This document shows, piece by piece, positions 38,520 to 47,500 of a stretch of DNA of 64,000 nucleotides. Location: assembly GCA_046546105.1 (NCBI GenBank), contig JBKGYN010000002.1, positions 10,913-74,912 on the forward strand. The letters run 5' to 3'. The notes beneath the pieces are model-generated. The model made no database searches. It saw only the letters and a list, made by a program, of their open reading frames with translations, and had not been told where the DNA came from. The translations under genes were made by a program, and so were the position numbers. The first letter of the stretch is position 1; every line of letters begins with the position of its first letter. The DNA is from Candidatus Woesearchaeota archaeon (lineage in GTDB: Archaea; Nanobdellota; Nanobdellia; Woesearchaeales; SKGA01).

Positions 38520-39254
38520 CTATCGTGAGTTTTCGTGTTTTGTCGTGATGATTTGGCCGTCTCGCAGGTGCTCGACTCTGTCTGCAAACTGCGCCACATC
38601 CTCATCGTGTGTGACCATGATGATTGTCTTCCCTTCTTTCTCATGTAGTTTTCTCAGGAAATCCATGACGGTATCTCCTGTATTGCTATCAAGATTTCCT
38701 GTCGGCTCATCAGCTAGGATGACCTCGGGATCGACTGCCAGTGCCCGTGCGATTGCCACTCGTTGCTGCTGTCCGCCGGATAGTTCTGATGGTTTGTGGT
38801 TCATCCTGTTTCCGAGATCGACCAGCTTGAGAAGCTCTTCTGCCTTTTTTTGTCGCTTGGCTTCCGAGGTTCGTTGGAACATGAGTGGTAGCATGACATT
38901 CTCTTTCGCTGTGAGCGTGTTGATAAGATTGAATTTCTGGAATATGAACCCTACTTTTCTTCCTCTGATTTGGGCGAGTCCTGATTCTGAGTATCTGTTG
39001 ATGTTCTTTCCTTCAAGCTTGATGGTGCCTGATGTCGGTCTGTCAAGTACTCCTATCATGTTCATGGCTGTTGATTTCCCGCTTCCTGAAGGCCCCATGA
39101 CTGCAACGAACTCGCCCTTATTCACTGTCAGGTTCAACCCTCTAAGCGCGTGTACTTCCGTCTCTCCCATAAGGTATGTCTTCCACACATCCTTGATCTC
39201 GATAAGGGCGTTCTCTTTCGCTGGCGTTCTTTTCATTGAGGCTGTCACAGTCAT
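38520..39254 (-). CDS. ABC transporter ATP-binding protein (MacB/LolD-like)
   Basis: Walker A GPSGSGKST, Q-loop, signature LSGGQQQRVAIARAL, Walker B ILADEPTGNLD, H-loop. Confidence 0.85.
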   Translation of the reverse strand: MTVTASMKRTPAKENALIEIKDVWKTYLMGETEVHALRGLNLTVNKGEFVAVMGPSGSGKSTAMNMIGVLDRPTSGTIKLEGKNINRYSESGLAQIRGRKVGFIFQKFNLINTLTAKENVMLPLMFQRTSEAKRQKKAEELLKLVDLGNRMNHKPSELSGGQQQRVAIARALAVDPEVILADEPTGNLDSNTGDTVMDFLRKLHEKEGKTIIMVTHDEDVAQFADRVEHLRDGQIITTKHENSR

Positions 39255-39776
39255 TCACCGTTTCATTATTTCTTCGCGTTTTTTCTTGATGGTTCTCATC
39301 ATCTCTGAAAAGATTTCTTCCATGAGCTGTATTTGTTCATAATGGTTTTCCATCACTTTCAGATGTTCCTTGAAATGCTCTTTCCATTTCTTGTTCTTGG
39401 TCTCTTTGATGGTTTGTTTCATATCCTTGATGATGATTGGAAGTTTCTCAAGTCCCATTGTTATCTGTGTCTTATGGGCTGTTTCCATCTTTTGCTCCAG
39501 GCTTTTTATGAAATTTCTTTGCGGTTTCACATAGATTTTCTTCGAGCCGGGCTTGCGTACCCGTTCAACGACCTTGAGGTTTTCAAGATATCTTACTGTA
39601 TTGCTCACTGTGGCAAGTGAATAATCGGTTTTTTCGGCCAATTGCTCCAATGACTGCTCTTCCGGCTCCGTGAATGCTATAGAGACTATTTTAGCCCCTA
39701 CTCGTGGAGCTCCTTGTGATTTGAGTATGTTCAGCACTAGTTGTTCGTACTCTTTGATAGCTTCTGGTTGTTTCAT
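39255..39776 (-). CDS. winged-helix transcriptional regulator (MarR/TrmB-like) heading the ABC operon
   Basis: N-terminal wHTH (EQSLEQLAEKTDYSLATVSNTVRYLENLKVVERVRKPGSKKIYV); coiled-coil C-terminus; stop abuts the ATPase gene start. Confidence 0.5.
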   Translation of the reverse strand: MKQPEAIKEYEQLVLNILKSQGAPRVGAKIVSIAFTEPEEQSLEQLAEKTDYSLATVSNTVRYLENLKVVERVRKPGSKKIYVKPQRNFIKSLEQKMETAHKTQITMGLEKLPIIIKDMKQTIKETKNKKWKEHFKEHLKVMENHYEQIQLMEEIFSEMMRTIKKKREEIMKR

Positions 39777-39899
39777 TTTTCAAATTTTTAATATTTATTA
39801 AAAGTTATAAACAAAACTATTTTATAAACATTGCGGATTTTTTCTCTTGAACTTCTCTTTCGCAGTCTTTAAAAAACGAATTCGTTTCTTCTTCTTATC

Positions 39900-41561
39900 A
39901 TGGTTGAACTGTATGGGTGGCAAGAGGATGCGCTTGACTCCTTGCGCGATCACGATTATAATGGCGTTATAAAGGTTGCATCCGGTAAAGGCAAGACTAT
40001 TCTGTCATTAGCCGTTCTTGAAGAACTCTTTCGAGACTATCCTGGCACTCGAGCGCTCGTTGTCGTGCCGACCATCCATTTGATGTACCACTGGGATAAA
40101 GAGATCAAGCGCTTCCTGCCTGATGTTTCCACCAGTTATTACTACGGTGCCAAAAAAGACCTATCCGGTCAGGTAGTCCTTTCTGTCATCAACTCTGCAG
40201 CTGTGGCTGGTTTTAAGCCGGATTCATTCCGTATCAAGATCCTTGACGAGATCCACCACTACGGCGCTGAACTTCATGCCGGCATCTTCTCTGTCCAGAC
40301 CCTTCACACGATCGGTCTCAGTGCCACTCCTGAGCGAGAGGATGAAGGTGATCTCGCCATCCGCTTCGGTGCTGGTGGTATCGTCTACAGTCTTGATAAT
40401 CTTGATGAATTGAGGGAGCGCTTCTCTTTGTGTACTGTTCGCATCCCTCTCACGGGTGCTGAATATGGTCGTTACAACGATCTTCGCGGTGAGTATCGTA
40501 GGATGCTTGCCATCACTGGCATGAATCCTGGCCAGGTCGAGTATAAGGCTAGGCGCGGCAGCAAGTATGCTCTTCGCGTCCTCAAGCTCTGGAGTCAGAT
40601 GGCTTGGATCCGGCATCACGCTACTTACAAGCTTCCTGCTGTCAAGCGTCTTGTCAAGGCAGAATCTGATCAGAAGATCATTATCTTCAGCGAGTCCATC
40701 GAATTTGCAGAAAATGTGGGTCGTGTGCTTGATGCTATTGTTGTCCATAGCAAGATGGCGAAATCAGAGGTGAAAAGACGCCTTGAAGAGTTTCGGGCTA
40801 AAGACCGTGCTGTGTTGGTCGCTCCGCGCATGATTGATGAAGGGTATGATGTTCCTGACGCCACGATTGCTATCATTGCCAGCTTCAGGCGCTCTGCCCG
40901 TCAGATGATTCAGCGTGACGGTCGTATCCTCCGGACTAAAGATTACGTCCGCCGTTACACGCTCGTCATCGAAGGGGTTGAGGAGGAGAAATTCGCATCG
41001 TTATTGCAAAAGACCGCGATGGCAGAGATCGCGTTCCAAGGAACCTGGCTTCGCTTCCATGACGGCTTTGCCGAGGATAAGTCCTTTCTCGAGCAGTGCC
41101 GGGAATATATCAACCACGATTCTGCTTCTGACTATGAGGATTGGGTTCGTGGCAAGCTTGATTTCTACAAGCGTGCCCGCACTTTTGACAGCACCTTTTA
41201 CGAGCGTCACAAGACTGTCATCGACCGCCTTGTTGAAGAGCATCCCGGCCGCTGGCCTGATCTCGAGACTGACTCGTCACGCCCATCCTCTGTTGACTTC
41301 CACAGCGATCTTCCTGGGGATGAGCAGCGTGTTTTGAAAGACGAGCTTCGCAGTGTCAACGCTCGCATCGGTCTTCCTGATAACGTCTTTCGCGCTCTCA
41401 TGCGCGCTATCGAGGGCGAGACTATCGAGCTTGATGATGAGGTTCGCCAGTTCGTCCGTGACATCGCCTCGCAGACGCCTCCCTCAAAAGGCAATGAGAA
41501 TTCCTTATGGACTGACGAGCTTCACGCTCTCATCAAGCGCTTGGATGAGAATATTAATTGA
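39900..41561 (+). CDS. SF2 DEAD/DEAH-box helicase (XPB/Rad25- or type-III-Res-like) with a C-terminal extension of about 200 aa
   Basis: Q-motif WQEDA, Walker A ASGKGKT, DEIHH, SATPERED, HSKMAKSEVKRRLEEFR, motif VI QMIQRDGRILR. Confidence 0.7.
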   Translation: MVELYGWQEDALDSLRDHDYNGVIKVASGKGKTILSLAVLEELFRDYPGTRALVVVPTIHLMYHWDKEIKRFLPDVSTSYYYGAKKDLSGQVVLSVINSAAVAGFKPDSFRIKILDEIHHYGAELHAGIFSVQTLHTIGLSATPEREDEGDLAIRFGAGGIVYSLDNLDELRERFSLCTVRIPLTGAEYGRYNDLRGEYRRMLAITGMNPGQVEYKARRGSKYALRVLKLWSQMAWIRHHATYKLPAVKRLVKAESDQKIIIFSESIEFAENVGRVLDAIVVHSKMAKSEVKRRLEEFRAKDRAVLVAPRMIDEGYDVPDATIAIIASFRRSARQMIQRDGRILRTKDYVRRYTLVIEGVEEEKFASLLQKTAMAEIAFQGTWLRFHDGFAEDKSFLEQCREYINHDSASDYEDWVRGKLDFYKRARTFDSTFYERHKTVIDRLVEEHPGRWPDLETDSSRPSSVDFHSDLPGDEQRVLKDELRSVNARIGLPDNVFRALMRAIEGETIELDDEVRQFVRDIASQTPPSKGNENSLWTDELHALIKRLDENIN

Positions 41562-41581
41562 GAAAAAGAATCATCCTTTTT

Positions 41582-42307
41582 TCACCTGTCAATTGATGGT
41601 GGGAGTATGCTTCCTCTGAAAAGCAATGTGTGTAATGCAATCAGCATCATTGCATGTTCATCGCTACCTTGCTGCATCGCCGCTTCCAATCCTTTCTCAA
41701 TAGGTGTTACCTTGATATTTGCATCGTAGCCTTTCAAACTCACCGTACCTGATCTCACCTGGCATGTGTATTGCTGATTATTATATGTGAACTTGATATC
41801 TTCTGCCTTGGTCTTCATTCCCGGTCTTTGCTTTATGTTGCTTGAAACGATTTCATTTCCATTCTTATTGATCGTTATTGTCGGTCCGGTAGTCGCATCG
41901 GTAATCTTTTGTTTCATAGAAACAGTCCATGCACCTTTCAGTTCATATGAATATGTTGTCTTGTGCAAAGTTGTCTTGCATATTGCTTGCACTTCTTTAT
42001 CATTGAGATACGCATAGATTTTTTTCGGGAACCTGAGTCCTTCATGCTTGCTTATGCTGAAATTACTATAGAGTGCGAAATGGTTGTGTTGTTTTGAAAG
42101 CTCTGCTCTTAATGTTGTTCTTTTTTGTTTCTCCTGTTTTCGTGCTACCACGATCATGGCTGCAAACCCGATAACTAATAAGATGATGCTTGGTACTAGC
42201 AGCATATTGTTTCCGGAAATTCCTGTATATATCAGTGATATGACTGCTGCAATGATGCTGATGATAGTAATGACAGATCCTGTTGTTGGTTTTTGCTTCA
42301 TTCTCAT
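41582..42307 (-). CDS. hypothetical membrane-anchored protein
   Basis: N-terminal TM segments (VITIISIIAAVISLIYTGI, LLVPSIILLVIGFAAMIVV) then a soluble domain. Confidence 0.4.
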   Translation of the reverse strand: MRMKQKPTTGSVITIISIIAAVISLIYTGISGNNMLLVPSIILLVIGFAAMIVVARKQEKQKRTTLRAELSKQHNHFALYSNFSISKHEGLRFPKKIYAYLNDKEVQAICKTTLHKTTYSYELKGAWTVSMKQKITDATTGPTITINKNGNEIVSSNIKQRPGMKTKAEDIKFTYNNQQYTCQVRSGTVSLKGYDANIKVTPIEKGLEAAMQQGSDEHAMMLIALHTLLFRGSILPPSIDR

Positions 42308-42358
42308 ATCAGCTCTGGGAATTGCATTATAAAAAGTTTTCCTCCTGAAAAAAGTAAA

Positions 42359-42578
42359 CGTCTCTGGTGGGAGTTGAAGGTTTGTCGTCAGACAGGCTTG
42401 AGAAAAGCTGAGCTTTGACCCAATCGCGAAGCGAGTTCAACGGGACTCAACTTCAAAGAAGTTGAAAGAGCCTCTGGCGAGAGTTGAAGGTTTGTCGTCA
42501 GACAGGCTTGAGAAAAGCTGAGCTTTGACCCAATCGCGAAGCGAGTTCAACGGGACTCAACTTCAAAGAAGTTGAAAG
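42359..42578. repeat. tandem direct repeat, 110-bp unit x2 (3 mismatches), each unit beginning with a copy of the 3' end of tRNA-Thr
   Basis: Units at 42359-42468 and 42469-42578; the third occurrence of cctctggcgagagttgaa is the genuine tRNA-Thr 3' end at 42579. Confidence 0.8.
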
Positions 42579-42650
42579 AGCCTCTGGCGAGAGTTGAACT
42601 CGCGACCTCTACCTTACCAAGGTAGCGCTCTACCACTGAGCTACAGAGGC
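42579..42650 (-). tRNA. tRNA-Thr (anticodon GGT)
   Basis: GCCTCTG-TA-GCTC-AGTGGTA-GAGC-G-CTACC-TTGGTAA-GGTAG-AGGTC-GCGAG-TTCAACT-CTCGC-CAGAGGC-T. Confidence 0.85.
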
Positions 42651-42678
42651 AAATCTTGTTTTAAAAACTGTGGTTACT

Positions 42679-43743
42679 TTAAGAATTTTTTGTTTTCAAT
42701 TCTTTGGACTTCCCTCTCAAGCCCTCGACGAAATCGCTGAAATTCTCACTCGGGATGACAGCTCCGCATGCGTGTTCGTGACCGCCGCCTGTGCCTTCGA
42801 CTTCTTCAAGCACTCTAGACAGGATCTTGTCGACCGGCAACGCGTTGCTTCGTAGCGAGCATTTATAGCTACCATTACTCTGCCTGGCGATAAGGATGAG
42901 CTTTTCCGGCTGCTCATACAATAGCTCGTTTGACAGGTCTGTCGTGTAGGAATTCCTGTCGTCGGTGTAAGTGAATAGGAGTAGTGGATCCTCTGCATTG
43001 ACATCCACGCTCTCCTTGATTTTCTGGTATTCTGCCAGGTGTTTCTCGTAGCGTTTCATCACGAGTCGTGCTTGCGCATTCTTCTTTTCGAATAAATCAT
43101 TTGGATTGTCAATACGTGTCAATATCTTCATCGATGACAGCACGTCTGTCGTTTTGCCTTTGAGGTTGAATGAGAAAATGCGTGCCAGCTCTCCGACTTT
43201 CGTTTCAAAGAGTGCCTTAGCAGGATTATCGACATCCGCTGGCAGGTAGCCGGGATATTCTTTTCTGAAACGATCAAGTATTTCCTTTTCCGGCAGCTGC
43301 CAATCTGATACGATGCCTACTACTGTCTGCCAGAGATCTTTTCCTGAGAGCTTGTGGGCGTAATGGCTTGTTGCTATATTGCGTTCTGCATCTTCCTTTC
43401 TCGGATTGAGATAGGTCACGCCTTTACGCTTCTTGACTTCGTGATGATCGACCCACACTACCTCGGATCTGATCTTATCGATGAATTCCTGTGAGACTTC
43501 TGCCTTGTCAAGGATGACTACCAGATCAGGAAAATAATTGTTGACTTTCTCTACCATACGCTCATCAATCACTGATCCCTTGAGCGGCAGGCCTTTACCT
43601 GCGCGCACCATCCTGTAGAGTATGAGAAATGATGCGAGACCGTCAGGATCGTCGTCAAAAAGAAATATCGGCCGTGCACACTGTTCGAGTTTCTGCCTGA
43701 TGAGTTTGATATCCTGTTCTTCTGTCACTGTGGCTCCCTTCAC
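42679..43743 (-). CDS. DHH-DHHA1 phosphoesterase (archaeal RecJ-like/GAN- or nanoRNase-like)
   Basis: FDDDPDG (motif I), VWVDHHEV (DHH motif), C-terminal DHHA1 GGGHEHACG. Confidence 0.75.
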   Translation of the reverse strand: MKGATVTEEQDIKLIRQKLEQCARPIFLFDDDPDGLASFLILYRMVRAGKGLPLKGSVIDERMVEKVNNYFPDLVVILDKAEVSQEFIDKIRSEVVWVDHHEVKKRKGVTYLNPRKEDAERNIATSHYAHKLSGKDLWQTVVGIVSDWQLPEKEILDRFRKEYPGYLPADVDNPAKALFETKVGELARIFSFNLKGKTTDVLSSMKILTRIDNPNDLFEKKNAQARLVMKRYEKHLAEYQKIKESVDVNAEDPLLLFTYTDDRNSYTTDLSNELLYEQPEKLILIARQSNGSYKCSLRSNALPVDKILSRVLEEVEGTGGGHEHACGAVIPSENFSDFVEGLRGKSKELKTKNS

Positions 43744-44444
43744 TTCCCTTTACAATCATCACATCCTTTTTGCTTCTCTACATGCGTGTGTCTGATTTCG
43801 GTCTTATATGCATCGACTTTGAGAAGCGTTTCCTCGTTCTCGATATTGAGCAGGTTCTTGAGTGCTGCATTCGCTGCCAGTCCTGCCAGGAGTGTTGTGG
43901 TCGGGCTGTATATGCCTGTCTTCTTGAGCTTTCCGAGATCGAAATTTTTTTCAAGGCATTTGATACAAGGTCCTTTCTTGTGCTGTTTCTTGTCAACAAC
44001 AAGAAGGTGTCCTTTCGTGCCGGCATAATTGACCGTGATAAGAGGGGTCTTGTTTTCGAGCGCGTATCTGTTGACAAGAAGCGCTGTTTTCATGTTGTTG
44101 CTTGCGTCGATGATGACGTCCGCTCCAAGAAGAAAGAGATTGTCTTCGTGGAGTTCTTCGTGGAATGTTTTGATTTTTACATTCCTGGTGATTTCTTCAA
44201 GGCGTTTTTTTGCCTGTTTCGCTTTGAATTTACCGATATCTTCTCGTGTGTAGAGTGTTTGCCTCGGGACCTCTTCCTCATATACTCGTTCCTTGTCCAC
44301 GATCCGGAGGTTTATGTTGTTTCTGGCGAGTTGTTCTGCGACAGTCGATCCTACTCCGCCAAGGCCTACGATCGCCACAGTCTTGTTTTTCAGCTCATCT
44401 ATTTTCTCTTCATCTGCGATTCCTGCCAGTTTCATCATTTTCAT
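43740..44444 (-). CDS. E1-like ThiF/MoeB/UbaA family adenylyltransferase
   Basis: Nucleotide-binding VAIVGLGGVGS, catalytic-Cys region, C-terminal paired CxxC (CIKC ... CDDC); overlaps the DHH gene by 4 nt (ATGA). Confidence 0.75.
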   Translation of the reverse strand: MKMMKLAGIADEEKIDELKNKTVAIVGLGGVGSTVAEQLARNNINLRIVDKERVYEEEVPRQTLYTREDIGKFKAKQAKKRLEEITRNVKIKTFHEELHEDNLFLLGADVIIDASNNMKTALLVNRYALENKTPLITVNYAGTKGHLLVVDKKQHKKGPCIKCLEKNFDLGKLKKTGIYSPTTTLLAGLAANAALKNLLNIENEETLLKVDAYKTEIRHTHVEKQKGCDDCKGK

Positions 44445-44565
44445 ACAGTATCACCTTTAATGGATCTTCATTGGAAGTGCTAAGAATCCTGATTCGGAAA
44501 CGGGAAGCTTGGAAATGAGCGCTTCTATATAAATATACGGGCTTTAAAAAGAATTTTTTAAAGGG

Positions 44566-44577
44566 CATAACATTTAT
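44566..44577 (+). promoter_or_regulatory. TATA-box-like element (atttataaa) upstream of the 1283-aa surface-protein gene
   Basis: Located 20-30 nt before the first candidate start. Confidence 0.35.
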
Positions 44578-44598
44578 AAACTATGGTCTTATCAGATA

Positions 44599-47500
44599 GT
44601 GATAGCGCTATGTTCAGGTGGTTGGTGTCTTTTGAGGGTGTATTATAAAAGTATAACTGTTTTTGTGGCTGTCTTATTGACCTTGTCATTAGCGGTCGCT
44701 ATCTCCTTCTCTACACAGCCTCACACTTCTCCTGATAATGTCACTGTCGATACTTCCTTTGACTGCGAATTCACGCCTGATGCTGACGGTCTTGCTAATG
44801 TCACTTGGTATGTCAAACGCGATAGTGGCTCTTGGGAACACTGGACTGCCGATGATATCTCCGAACAGTCTGTTGATGCAGGTGAAACAACTTCTGTTTC
44901 TGCTTCAAACGCAGCGTCAAACACGTCTAAACACGAAAATTGGCTTTGTGAAGTGACCTTGTATAACGCTACAGATAGTGTCACTTCGAATTCGACCGAT
45001 AATGTGACGATTATCAACTCTTTGCCGGACATATCCTATCCTGAATCATCCGTTGTCATAGAGCATGAAGAAGACGAACCGTACTCCGAGTATGCTGAAG
45101 CGAGTGATCCTGATGGTGATGATATTGTATGGACTTACGCTTACGGATCTCACGAGCCCATTGATTCGAGTTATAGCTCTGACCCCTTTGATTTCTCTAT
45201 TGATCCTGATTCCGGTTTGATGAGTTTTGAGGTCACTAATGAATCTCAGGCGGGTAACCATACTGTTGATATTATTGCAAAAGATAATAGTGGTGATGGT
45301 CGCGTTCGTACTGTCGTCTTTGATGTCAGTCCTGTCAATGACTCTCCTGAATTCGGAACGCTTGAATTCGATTGTGAAGAATACTCGGAATGTTCAGGAA
45401 CCATTCCGGCAACAGATGAGGAAGGTGATAGTATAACTTATTACAGCAATATCTCCTCGTTCATCAACCTCTCAAGCGAGTCCGGCGAGTATTCCTTCAC
45501 CCCGACCCGTGAAGATGTTGGTATCCTGCCTGCCACGTTCAACATCACTGATGGGGGTCAGATGGTTTCGAGTACTGGTTTTTTCAACATCTCCGCTACA
45601 AACCTCGCTCCTGAGTTGTCTATTATCCGCAACTCCTCCCTTTTGCAGAACGAGACTTCTGAACCGTTCGTTTTCATTGTCAATGCGTCTGACCCTGATG
45701 CTAATGACACGCTTTCCTTTTCTGTCTCGACATCTTGCGGTCTCAATCCTTGGAATATCACAAAGACTGTTTCTCATAACGCTACCTCTGACGCTCAAGG
45801 GCTCATCAACGTCTCTTTTTTCGATCCTGCAACCTGGAATGAGCAGACTTCTTCCTCAAACGATTTTGTTGCTTGCCGTAATGTTTCACTCACTGTTTCA
45901 GATGGCTTGCTCTCTGACACGTTGAATGTCACATTCAATATCACGAACACCAATGACGCACCTGTCATCTTCAACCAGAGCCATTATGCGTCAAATGGCG
46001 AGCAGACTGATATCCACAACCTCAGCGGTGCGAAAGGATTATCTTTTGATTACCGTGTCAATGCGTCTGATCCTGATATGGCTACTTATGAGAATGATTC
46101 TCTCACATTCTCGATTTCAGGCGCTAACGCTTCATTGTTTTCCATTGATCCTTCAACCGGTATGATCAACTCTGATGAACTCAATGCCAGCGGCAACCTA
46201 TCTTTTAACGTGACAGTCACGGACCTTAACGGTCTCAACTATACTGAAACTGCCAACATATCTGTCATTGATAATAATCCTCCTGTTATCGAATCACTTG
46301 ATAACGGTTCGTGCAATGAGACTATCCCTTGTCTCAAATTTCTCAATGCCACCGACCAGGAAAATGATAATCTCACGTATCATGCTTTGAACATGTCGCA
46401 CTTCTCACCAAACGGTACGCTTACAGAACATGTTTCAGGAGTTGCTGATATTAATGATGCTTTCGGCATCCGTATCGCTTATCACAATTTCACGACCGGC
46501 CTTCCTGAAGGTGCTCTGACTTCCTACCTTCTCAACTTCACGCCTGAAGATGTTGATGTTGGTCATTATAACCTGACATTCTCATTTGAGGATGAGCTGG
46601 GCATCACTGATACGGCAGAGCTCGTATTCAATGTCACCAACCACAACGATGCCCCTCTCCTCAATACCTCCTCTCTTGAAGATGCTGTTATCGTCGAGGA
46701 CGTGCCATTCTCGCAAAATGTCACTGCGTCCGATCCTGACCTCACTTATGATCTTGATAATCTGTCTTTCAGTTTCAACTTCACGAACTCTTCTGATAAC
46801 ATATCATCATATTCTTTTTCAAAGACCAATGAATCTGCTGCACGGTTCTCGTTCCTTCCTAATAACACTCACATAGGCAATCACACAGTCAATATCACGG
46901 TCACTGACACCTATAACGTGACTGATAATCATATTTTCAACATCACGGTTCATGAAGCGACCCGTCCTCCGAATATCACGCAGGTACGCCCTTATTACGA
47001 TGCTATTCTCAACACCACCAACACTTCCTCTTATGACGATCCTGAAAATGATGGTGTGAGTGAGATCGATGCCCGTGAGAATCAGACTATGCGTTTCGAT
47101 ATCGATGCTACTGACGAGGATCCCATGACGATAACTTGGTACCATAATGGTTCAGAAGTCGCTGAAGGATCTTATTCAGGTCCGGGTTCTTATCCGTTGG
47201 ATGTCACGTTCGGTTTTTTTGATAATGGGACTCACAATATCACTGCTGTTGTTGAGGATATGTACTATTCCTCTTCCCGATATGACTGGATTGTCTCCGT
47301 CGAGGATGTGAATCGGGATCCTCTCTTTCTCAATCCGATAGAGGATTATTCCTTTGAGAACAACAAATCTCTCAGTGGCTATGCGAAAATCTTTGATTTT
47401 TTCAGGCAGCGCTCTGATGACATCGTCTTTCTCGATCCTGATGATGACTATAACTCCAACTTGAAATTGGATGATGAAGAGACGAACACGCTTTCCTTTT

